5,819 nucleotides of DNA from a virus (taxonomy: Duplodnaviria; Heunggongvirae; Uroviricota; Caudoviricetes). The position numbers were made by a program, and so were the translations under genes. The notes beneath the pieces are model-generated. The model was not told where the DNA came from. It saw only the letters and a list, made by a program, of their open reading frames with translations, and did no database searches. Each line of letters opens with the position of its first letter. Position 1 is the first letter of the stretch. The DNA lies in IMG/VR virus record IMGVR_UViG_2541047123_000027. One strand, given 5' to 3'. Of the stretch, positions 1 through 5,819 are shown in pieces.

Positions 1-422
1 AGCTGAATCAGCAGGCGGACGGATGCCGGGTTACGGTCACCCTGTGAGGTGGTCTGCAACAGTGACTGCACCCCGAAGGTGACCCGCAGGCGGTCAATGT
101 TCGCGGACGTAATGGTGCGCGTCACCGGCTTTGCTTTCGTCACTTCCACGCCCAGTGCGGTTTCCGCCCCGGAGGACTCAAAGCCTTCAGGTGGTGTCTG
201 CTCCTGCTCCCCGGCGCGCCAGACCGCTGTCACACCATGTATCACAGGATTACCGTCCGTGTCCGTCAGCGGGGTTTTGTTCACCAGGATACTCTGCAGC
301 CCCTTCACCGGACCTTCAATCGGCCCTTCACCAATGGCGTCAATCACGCTCATCATCTGCGTGGACTTAAGATTGTCCTTTGCCTCTACCGGCGTGTGCG
401 CCTTGCCGCCCCCTTTACCCAC
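1..422 (-). CDS. J: Host-specificity / central tail fibre protein J (lambda gpJ-like), N-terminal ~140 codons; gene runs off the window start
   Basis: Minus-strand translation from GTG at 422..420 gives (M)GKGGGKAHTPVEAKDNLKSTQMMSVIDAIGEGPIEGPVKGLQSILVNKTPLTDTDGNPV...EQEQTPPEGFESSG...TRTITSANIDRLRVTFGVQSLLQTTSQGDRNP..., open to position 1. This matches the lambda gpJ N-terminus (MGKGSSKGHTPREAKDNLKSTQLLSVIDAISEGPIEGPV...) as I recall it. G-rich Shine-Dalgarno GGAGAGGGGG sits 5 nt upstream. Missing from the ORF track because it has a GTG start and no stop inside the window. Confidence 0.9.
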   Translation of the reverse strand, partial: MGKGGGKAHTPVEAKDNLKSTQMMSVIDAIGEGPIEGPVKGLQSILVNKTPLTDTDGNPVIHGVTAVWRAGEQEQTPPEGFESSGAETALGVEVTKAKPVTRTITSANIDRLRVTFGVQSLLQTTSQGDRNPASVRLLIQ

Positions 423-427
423 TGTGT

Positions 428-437
428 CCCCCTCTCC
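428..437 (-). promoter_or_regulatory. Shine-Dalgarno sequence for J
   Basis: Minus-strand GGAGAGGGGG followed by a 5-nt spacer (ACACA) and GTG at 422. Confidence 0.55.
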
Positions 438-464
438 TGTCTGATGTCTGAATCTGTTTATGCC

Positions 465-495
465 AGAAAACAACAGGCACCCCGGAGGGTGCCTG
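465..495 (-). terminator. Rho-independent terminator-like hairpin, minus-strand orientation, between the small ORF and J
   Basis: Minus strand reads CAGGCACCC-TCCG-GGGTGCCTG (perfect 9-bp GC-rich stem at 474..482/487..495, 4-nt loop) followed directly by TTGTTTTCT. It begins right after the TGA of the 39-codon ORF. Confidence 0.6.
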
Positions 496-497
496 TG

Positions 498-617
498 TCA
501 TGACGGAATAAAATTTCTGAAACTCTTCACATTTCCGGCAATTGCCTGTAGCCGCAATAATGACGCTGCATTACTTTTTTGATGCCTGAAAAATAACTCC
601 ATAACGTTAATCTTCAT
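498..617 (-). CDS. Hypothetical small protein (39 aa) in the I–J spacer; candidate moron ORF, coding status unproven
   Basis: ATG 617..615 to TGA 500..498 on the minus strand: MKINVMELFFRHQKSNAASLLRLQAIAGNVKSFRNFIPS. GGGAGA lies 5 nt upstream of the ATG, and the stop is followed at once by the 465..495 hairpin with U-tract. Local GC is clearly lower than the flanking tail genes. I recognise no homolog; too short for the supplied ORF track. Confidence 0.25.
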   Translation of the reverse strand: MKINVMELFFRHQKSNAASLLRLQAIAGNVKSFRNFIPS

Positions 618-625
618 CGTTCTCT

Positions 626-658
626 CCCGCAGCTCCGCTAACTCTGCGGGATTTTTTT
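626..658 (+). terminator. Terminator-like hairpin with T7 tract on the plus strand (A-tract upstream on the minus strand); orientation opposite to the tail operon
   Basis: Plus strand CCCGCAG (626..632), 11-nt loop, CTGCGGG (644..650), then A TTTTTTT (652..658). It lies immediately downstream of the gpI-homologous reading frame stop (665..663, minus strand). Confidence 0.4.
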
Positions 659-753
659 ATTTTCATCCCCGCCCGATAACCACCACTTTCCCGTCTCCGC
701 CCTCATCACGGGTGCTGATGTCCTGGGATATCCGTCGTGAACCAACCAGCATT

Positions 754-1341
754 TCACCATAAGGCACCGGCACTCGGGTTCCCCTGGGCAATCATGTTAT
801 CCAGTGACGAAAAATACGTGTTCTGTTTACCGTTATCCGTCGCCCTGTACTCCGGTGTTTTTGCCTTCGGTGCCAGCATCTGGGCCACACCGCCCAGTAT
901 CATGCTGGCACCCAGTGAGAACAGCATCGTGGTGGCAGTCAGCCCTCCGGCACTCAGGGCTGCGCCCCACAACGCCATCGTTGCGCCGGCGGTGAAGAAA
1001 GAGCCCACGATGGCTGCTGCCCCCAGCACAATCTGCAGTCCGCCCTTTCCGGCTCCGGCCAGTCGCGGCACAATATGGATGACCGCCCCCTCACCCAGAG
1101 GTTCGTGAAGACGGGCGTACACCGCCTCCGGTGCCGTGTCCTCACCGCGAATACGTATCTGGTACCAGCCTTCGTTCATCTGACGGCGGAATCCCGGCAT
1201 CTGCATCGACAGGGCACGGATGGCTTCCGCTGCCGTGTTCACGTACAGGCTGAGGCGGCGGCCAAATCGTTGCAAATCCCCGTGAAGGCAGATGCGTGCC
1301 AGTGGCGGTGACGCCAGACAGAATGCGTTCGTCGTTGCCAT
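754..1341 (-). CDS. I: Tail assembly protein I (lambda gpI-like), 195-aa frame; C-terminus displaced by a +1 frameshift, with the homologous reading frame continuing to 663
   Basis: ORF-track protein MATTNAFCLASPPLARICLHGDLQRFGRRL...GAVIHIVPRLAGA...QIVLGAAAIVGSFFTAGATMALWGAA...FSLGASMILGGVAQMLAPKAKTP...DNGKQNTYFSSLDNMIAQGN matches lambda gpI (223 aa) and then ends abnormally as PSAGALW*. The frame one position over continues RVPVPYGEMLVGSRRISQDISTRDEGGDGKVVVIGRG* to a TGA at 665..663, matching the gpI C-terminus (…VLPVLYGEM…VVVIGR). Confidence 0.85.
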   Translation of the reverse strand: MATTNAFCLASPPLARICLHGDLQRFGRRLSLYVNTAAEAIRALSMQMPGFRRQMNEGWYQIRIRGEDTAPEAVYARLHEPLGEGAVIHIVPRLAGAGKGGLQIVLGAAAIVGSFFTAGATMALWGAALSAGGLTATTMLFSLGASMILGGVAQMLAPKAKTPEYRATDNGKQNTYFSSLDNMIAQGNPSAGALW

Positions 1342-1982
1342 TTTTCGGAATACCTCTCCCGTTTACTCAGTTGTTCAGGCAGATGGTGAAGCAGTTCACC
1401 GTTGCCGCAGTATATGGCGGCATGATTGGCCACCGATGCGCCAAAGCAGCACAGCAGGATATCGCCCGCCTGTGCAGAGGACAGGGGCACCCGGTAAAAA
1501 CCAGTCGCCGCCATATTGTCCAGGTAAAGGTTCTGACCGTTGCGCCACCAGTCATCCTCACGCACAAAATCCGGCAGCGTTATCCCCGCCAGATGGTATG
1601 CATCCCGGAACAGGGTGTAACAGTCCGTCACCCCGTGCTCAAAACGACGCCCGGTCAGGTGCGGCACACAGCGGAATTTGTGAATTTCCCCCCGGCAGAC
1701 CAGCCACCAGGGCAGGGCACTCTTTATCTGCAGCCGCCGGTCGGCCTCGCTCAGCCAGGGCAGACCACCAGGGTGGCTGTGAACCAGCGCCACAATCTCC
1801 CCCTGCATCTCTGCCTGCAGCCAGTCTTCCGGCGCAATACGAAAATACGCCTCCGGCTCTGCGGAGATATTCACGCAGGGCTGGTACCGTTCGCCCTCCG
1901 GGGTGCCTATCACGAAGCCGCACGACTCCGCAGGCGCACACCGCCGGGCATGCACCAGAATCGCTGATTCAGTCTGTGTCAT
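1239..1982 (-). CDS. K: Tail tip assembly protein K (lambda gpK-like), 247 aa, with JAMM/MPN and NlpC/P60 motifs
   Basis: Start placed at ATG 1982..1980 (MTQTESAILVHARRCAPAESCGFVIGTPEGERY...) by homology to the gpK N-terminus; the ORF-track frame 1239..2243 extends further upstream as an artefact. Contains HSHPGGLPWLSEAD (H-x-H-x7-S-x2-D JAMM motif) and a downstream Cys/His pair (GVTDCYTLF ... NHAAIY) typical of NlpC/P60. Begins 10 nt after the L stop; its 3' end overlaps I by 103 nt in another frame. Confidence 0.9.
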   Translation of the reverse strand: MTQTESAILVHARRCAPAESCGFVIGTPEGERYQPCVNISAEPEAYFRIAPEDWLQAEMQGEIVALVHSHPGGLPWLSEADRRLQIKSALPWWLVCRGEIHKFRCVPHLTGRRFEHGVTDCYTLFRDAYHLAGITLPDFVREDDWWRNGQNLYLDNMAATGFYRVPLSSAQAGDILLCCFGASVANHAAIYCGNGELLHHLPEQLSKRERYSEKWQRRTHSVWRHRHWHASAFTGICNDLAAASACT

Positions 1983-1992
1983 AAAACAGGAT

Positions 1993-2693
1993 TTACTGCG
2001 AAAGTTTATTGATGGAAAGGAAACCGCCAAAATTAGCCACCATGCCGCGCATCTCACACCCGCGCATGCACTTGCTGCATCTGTCCTTACGGATATCCGT
2101 GGTGGGGTTGTCGAACTCATCCGCCACCGCAGGACCGTTATACCCGCATTCATCTCCCCGGTAATCCCACATACAGGTATTCGCCAGCATGATGCGACCG
2201 GGAAACAGCGCTCCGTCCGTCTCCGTCGGTGTTGCCAGCACAAACGAGGCTGTCATGGCCGTCAGCTCTGACATCTGCTCCACCACCCAGCGGTCGCTCA
2301 AGCTCCTGCTCAGGGTCCGCCTCAGGATTGCCTGCCACAAAATTCACCGCATCCAAGAAAACGGGCATACACCCGGCGGCGGACCACCGTGGCCCCCACC
2401 AGGCTCTGCAGGTCCTCCGCCATTCCGGTGACCAGACCAAACAGATTCGACACCGTCAGCGACGGTCTGGCACTGCTGCCCTTCCCGTTCATCTCAAAGC
2501 CACTGCCGTCAATCGGGTATGCCTGATATTCACGCCCCTGCCAGGTCACCGGCACCCCTTTTTCATTCAGCTCATTGCAGAAAAAATACCGCTCACCGCC
2601 CTGCGCCGTCAGGTCGATTTCCCAGAGTACCACCCGCGGTGACTGCTCTGATTTAACCGACTCGTTCAGACTTTCTTCGTGAATATCCTGCAT
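1993..2693 (-). pseudogene. L: Minor tail protein L (lambda gpL-like) split across three reading frames by two +1 frameshifts about 60 nt apart
   Basis: Frame 1 (2693..2322): MQDIHEESLNESVKSEQSPRVVLWEIDLTAQGGERYFFCNE...VVRRRVYARFL then GCGEFCGRQS*. Frame 2 (part of 2440..2150) carries the next homologous block FLDAVNFVAGNPEADPEQE. Frame 3 (2340..1993) carries the remainder SDRWVVEQMSELTAMTASFVLATPTETDGALFPGRIMLANTCMWDYRGDECGY...CSKCMRGC...FGGFLSINKLSQ*. Concatenated, the three blocks reconstruct a ~232-aa gpL including the C-terminal Cys cluster. Shift points are near 2355..2362 (TTTT run) and 2296..2306. Confidence 0.8.
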
Positions 2694-3022
2694 CAGTTCA
2701 CCACCTGCTTAAACTCCGCGCTGAACTCAACGCGCAACATCCCGACCCGCGCAGACCACCCGGCACAGGTCACCTTTATCTGCCGGTATGCATAGGGTGG
2801 CTTCCACAAAAATGCCTTCCAGCCTCCGTGCTCTGCCAGGAATGCCTCCAGATGTCGGGCCTCCTCCCGGGTCACGGAAAGCGTCACACGGTATGTTTTC
2901 AGGTCAGCATTCAGCCCCGCCGCCATACGCTGCGAATACCCGTCACCAAAACGCACTTCACGCACCGATGGCTGCGAGTTCACCTCCATATCCGGCTTCA
3001 CTTTCCAGCGAAAGGTTTTCAT
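2693..3022 (-). CDS. M: Minor tail protein M (lambda gpM-like), 109 aa
   Basis: ORF-track protein MKTFRWKVKPDMEVNSQPSVREVRFGDGYSQRMAAGLNADLKTYRVTLSVTREEARHLEAFLAEHGGWKAFLWKPPYAYRQIKVTCAGWSARVGMLRVEFSAEFKQVVN has the same length and near-collinear identity to lambda gpM. Start overlaps the H stop (ATGA); stop overlaps the L start (TGATG). Confidence 0.93.
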   Translation of the reverse strand: MKTFRWKVKPDMEVNSQPSVREVRFGDGYSQRMAAGLNADLKTYRVTLSVTREEARHLEAFLAEHGGWKAFLWKPPYAYRQIKVTCAGWSARVGMLRVEFSAEFKQVVN

Positions 3023-5664
3023 CGCCTGCCTCCGGAAAAGACGCCGCCATCACGCATCTGCGCCTGAATCTCATCCTGCGCCCCCTTGCGGGCCATGTCA
3101 TACACCGCCTTCATCAGCTGCGGCCCCGCCTGTCCGTTGGAGCCGTCGTTCTGAATCACCACGTGATTGTTCTGATTAAAATTAATGCCTTCCGTCCGCC
3201 GCATCTGCGCCGGACTTCCGGCACCACCCACATAACCACCTTCCGCATAGCCGCGCATCAGACGGTAAAGATTCCCCACACCTATCCGGCTGGTTGCCTC
3301 TTTCGTGAAAACAAACTCCCCGCGGTGAACTATCCCCGCAGGCTCATATTTGCCGCCCGTCCCCGTAAATCCTCCGGTCGCGAAATGGAAGTTCGCCGCC
3401 GCAGCCTCAATGGCCGTCCCCGAGGAAGCAGATGCACCACCACCGAAAGCACCGCCAATGGCGCTGCCGATACTCCCGACTATCCCCACCATCGCCTGCT
3501 TCAGAAAAATCTCTGTCAGCATGGAGAGCACAGAACGGGTGAAACCACGCCAGTTCTGTTCGCTGCCGGTCAGCATCGCTGCCATATTCTGTGCAATACC
3601 GTCAAAGGTCTGCGTGGCCACGCTTTTAACCTGCGAAAAACTGTCCGTCGCACTTTCTGCCCACTCGCCCCAGCCGGACTTCAGACCGGCCATCCAGCTT
3701 CCACGAAGCTGCTCCTCCGCAGACCAGGTGTTCTTCAGTGCCGATGTGGCCTTCGCCAGCGCATCCGGATTATCACCGTACACGTCACGAAGGCGCTGCT
3801 CTTCCGACTCCCGCTGCGCCTGACGGTCGGTGAGGCCCCGCGCCTGGGCACTGATTGCCGCCTGCTTCGCGCCCTGCTGCTGCTCAAACCGCGCAGCCTG
3901 CTGTGCCAGCTCATTCAGCCGTTTCTGGTGTTCAACCTTGTCGCCCAGGTCAGCCAGCTGGCGTTTGTACTCCAGCGTCTCTTTCTCATGGGCCAGCAGG
4001 GATTTTTCCTGCCAGGATAACTGCCGTTTCGTGGCAGCCTCTTTCAGGACCGCATACTGACTTTCCGCCTTCCATAAATCACGGCGCTGCCGGCTAATTT
4101 TCTCATTCGCACCGCTGTGTTTTTCCAGCGTCCTGAGCTCAGCTTCAAGGGCAAGCAGAGCCTCTCTTGCCTGCTCCTCTTCCCTCTCCCCGGCAGAGCG
4201 CGTTTTCGGTGATGTATGCTTTTTACCTGTCAGCTCTTCAGCCAGACGGCTGACGGCTTCCTGCTGCCCTGGACCTTTGCTGACGCCTGTTGCACGCGAG
4301 CGGTTGATGTACCCCATTTCCCCCTGGCGTATACGCGCATCCCGTTCCGCAATGGATTTTCTCAGCGCCAGTTCATCGCGTTTTGTTTTCTCAATAAATA
4401 CGCGGTTCTCTTCTGCCAGTTCACCAAACAACGCACCAACGCCGGGCACATTCTTTGTCGTTTCCCAGGCTGACTGAATAAATTCAGCCAGCGCCAGATC
4501 CCCCTGCACAAGCAGCAGCTTCACCTGTTCAACGGTTCCTGCCACCACGTCAGTGATCAGACTGAGTGCCCCCAGTGTATGATCACCTATCCATGCCCAT
4601 GCGTCAGAAGTCCAGGTTTTAACATCGTCCCAGATTTTTTCCACCGGCGTGGCCGCTTTATCAAGTTGCTCCAGACGTGCATTCATGACATCCGCAAACA
4701 GGGACATCGCCTCCGTCACCGCAGCCTGTTTACCTTTCGTGCGCTCAAGCTCATCAATATGGCGTAACTGGGAAACGCTCAGGAAGTTATACTGCTGATT
4801 CAGGGAGGCCAGCGCCTTCACCGGATCTGCTGCAATCCCTTCAAAGGCTTTTTCCACCTTCCCGGCATCGTCCCCCACCGTCTGCAGCCATCTCTGAGAG
4901 GTTTCCCCCATGATCCGTAGCTGCCCGGCGGTATATTTCCCGCTTTCTGCCAGACGGGCCAGATTTTCTGCCGCCTGTCTGATACCACCACCGGCTTCAT
5001 CGCTGATCACCCCGGCCATTTTCCACAATTCTGCCGTTGTGGTGGCAGCCGCCCCTCCGGTCAGGGTCAGTGAACGCAATAAGGCCCGATCAGCCTGCTC
5101 TGCCTGCCAGGCGGCGGCAGCAAGCGCGGCCAGTACGGCAACCCCGCCACCTGCCGCCACACGGGCCACCGACATAAATCGTCCCAGCTCACCGGCATTC
5201 CGGGCATTTTCAGCCAGTGCATTTGCCGTATCTGACAGCGACTCCTCTGATGATTCAGAGGCATCCCTGATCCCGAGAAGTTCCTCCTTCAGCAGGGTAA
5301 GCAGGCTGAGCGGTCCACCGAATGAATCGCTGATCTGCCCCCCCTGCTGCAGCATGATAAGGAAGGGATTCTGACCACCGGCAAGCTGAGTGACAATATC
5401 CGTGAACTGTGCGGGCAGTGTGCGCATGGCAGCCTTATACTGTCCGACTGATATCCCGGCTTTTTGTGCAGCCAGCGCCTGTCGGCTCAGACTCTGCTCA
5501 GCAGCATCAGCCTGTTTTCTGAAAGACTGACTGACTTTCCCGGACATCAAATCAGCAAGCGCACTGGTTTCACCCAGCTCTTTTTTTACCCGCGCTGCCT
5601 CTTCAGAAAAACGGGCAGAATCCAGTGTCAGCACGGCTGTCAGATCGGCAAAATTACCTGCCAT
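3019..5664 (-). CDS. H: Tail tape measure protein H (lambda gpH-like), ~881 aa
   Basis: C-terminal ~400 aa are nearly collinear with lambda gpH (…ALLALEAELRTLEKHSGANEKISRQRRDLWKAESQYAVLKEAA…, …GIVGSIGSAIGGAFGGGASAS…FHFATGGFTGTGGKYEPAGIVHRGEFVFTKEATSRIGVGNLYRLMRGYA…MRDGGVFSGG). The N-terminus (…SLSRQALAAQKAGISVGQYKAAMRTLPAQFTD…LQQGGQ) is also lambda-like; the middle is divergent. Start set at ATG 5664..5662, which has AGGAGG 8 nt upstream; the track's 5673 start is a GTG that abuts that Shine-Dalgarno and is unlikely to be used. Confidence 0.95.
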   Translation of the reverse strand: MAGNFADLTAVLTLDSARFSEEAARVKKELGETSALADLMSGKVSQSFRKQADAAEQSLSRQALAAQKAGISVGQYKAAMRTLPAQFTDIVTQLAGGQNPFLIMLQQGGQISDSFGGPLSLLTLLKEELLGIRDASESSEESLSDTANALAENARNAGELGRFMSVARVAAGGGVAVLAALAAAAWQAEQADRALLRSLTLTGGAAATTTAELWKMAGVISDEAGGGIRQAAENLARLAESGKYTAGQLRIMGETSQRWLQTVGDDAGKVEKAFEGIAADPVKALASLNQQYNFLSVSQLRHIDELERTKGKQAAVTEAMSLFADVMNARLEQLDKAATPVEKIWDDVKTWTSDAWAWIGDHTLGALSLITDVVAGTVEQVKLLLVQGDLALAEFIQSAWETTKNVPGVGALFGELAEENRVFIEKTKRDELALRKSIAERDARIRQGEMGYINRSRATGVSKGPGQQEAVSRLAEELTGKKHTSPKTRSAGEREEEQAREALLALEAELRTLEKHSGANEKISRQRRDLWKAESQYAVLKEAATKRQLSWQEKSLLAHEKETLEYKRQLADLGDKVEHQKRLNELAQQAARFEQQQGAKQAAISAQARGLTDRQAQRESEEQRLRDVYGDNPDALAKATSALKNTWSAEEQLRGSWMAGLKSGWGEWAESATDSFSQVKSVATQTFDGIAQNMAAMLTGSEQNWRGFTRSVLSMLTEIFLKQAMVGIVGSIGSAIGGAFGGGASASSGTAIEAAAANFHFATGGFTGTGGKYEPAGIVHRGEFVFTKEATSRIGVGNLYRLMRGYAEGGYVGGAGSPAQMRRTEGINFNQNNHVVIQNDGSNGQAGPQLMKAVYDMARKGAQDEIQAQMRDGGVFSGGRR

Positions 5665-5672
5665 CGTGGTCA

Positions 5673-5678
5673 CCTCCT
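5673..5678 (-). promoter_or_regulatory. Shine-Dalgarno sequence for H
   Basis: Minus-strand AGGAGG followed by an 8-nt spacer and ATG at 5664. Confidence 0.6.
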
Positions 5679-5707
5679 GAAATGTCCTCTGATACCATCA
5701 ATAACTG

Positions 5708-5819
5708 TCACAACCTCCTTCCCTCCTCCCCGAAACGGACTCCACCGGCGAGGCCCGCCGCCTTCTGCATCAGTACATCATTTTCGTCCGGCGTCTCCGC
5801 CTGTCCTTCCTCTGCCTCC
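5708..5819 (-). CDS. T: 3' end of the gene upstream of H, probably tail assembly chaperone T (C-terminal part of the G/GT product); gene start lies beyond the window end
   Basis: The only minus-strand frame open from the window edge gives …EAEEGQAETPDENDVLMQKAAGLAGGVRFGEEGRRL* with TGA at 5710..5708, 43 nt before the H start. Assigned mainly from position immediately upstream of the tape measure gene, as in lambda; 36 residues are too few for a firm sequence call. Confidence 0.5.
   Translation of the reverse strand, partial: EAEEGQAETPDENDVLMQKAAGLAGGVRFGEEGRRL

Noticed and set aside
49-503. Plus-strand ORFs 49..444, 131..370 and 237..503 (79–131 aa)
   Set aside because: They are antisense to the well-supported J coding sequence on the minus strand, and their translations are low-complexity and Pro/Ser/Arg-rich, as expected for spurious frames in GC-rich coding DNA.
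1292-1984. Plus-strand ORFs of 230 and 223 aa opposite K
   Set aside because: Antisense to the K gene, which has clear JAMM and NlpC/P60 motifs; no independent support such as a ribosome-binding site or homology.
1983-2243. N-terminal extension of the 334-aa minus-strand ORF (track start at 2243)
   Set aside because: The extension overlaps the C-terminal block of L in another frame and has no gpK homology; homology begins at the internal ATG at 1982 (MTQTES…), which sits just after the L stop.
2290-2365. Programmed ribosomal frameshifting as an explanation for the L and I frame changes
   Set aside because: The known programmed shift in lambda-like tail modules is the -1 shift in G/T, which is outside this window. 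The shifts here are +1, lack a recognisable slippery heptamer with a downstream structure, and two occur within one gene; mutation or sequencing indel is more parsimonious. Not formally excluded.
2788-4020. 410-aa plus-strand ORF, and other plus-strand ORFs between 3350 and 5374
   Set aside because: All lie entirely antisense to the tape measure gene H. The translations are Arg/Pro/Leu-rich with no recognisable motifs; long antisense ORFs are common opposite GC-rich, stop-poor coding frames.
5671-5673. GTG at 5673 as the H start (track gives MTTMAG…)
   Set aside because: That GTG directly abuts the AGGAGG Shine-Dalgarno with no spacer; the ATG at 5664 has an 8-nt spacer and aligns with the lambda gpH N-terminus.
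1-5819. CRISPR arrays, tRNA/rRNA genes, IS elements or integrase/att sites
   Set aside because: No direct-repeat/spacer periodicity, no cloverleaf-like or rRNA-like segments, and no transposase or integrase-like ORFs or terminal inverted repeats were seen; the window is continuous tail-gene coding sequence apart from the I–J spacer.

Overview
This window is almost entirely the distal part of a lambda-like (siphovirus-type) prophage tail-assembly module, all on the minus strand and in lambda gene order: T (last 36 codons) – H (tape measure) – M – L – K – I – spacer – J (first ~140 codons). Calls rest on reading the supplied ORF translations and my own minus-strand translations against lambda tail protein sequences as I remember them; no database search was run. 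Adjacent genes are tightly coupled (ATGA at H/M, TGATG at M/L, a 103-nt out-of-frame K/I overlap). Two things stand out. First, L and I are disrupted by three independent +1 frameshifts while the 2.6-kb H and K are intact, which points to a decaying prophage or to sequencing indels. Second, the I–J spacer is about 240 nt, AT-rich, and holds a 39-codon ORF flanked by two terminator-like hairpins, which looks like a small moron-type insertion. I found no rRNA, tRNA, CRISPR array, transposase or IS ends. I do not see a defence or other multi-gene novel system here; the long plus-strand ORFs are antisense artefacts of GC-rich coding sequence.
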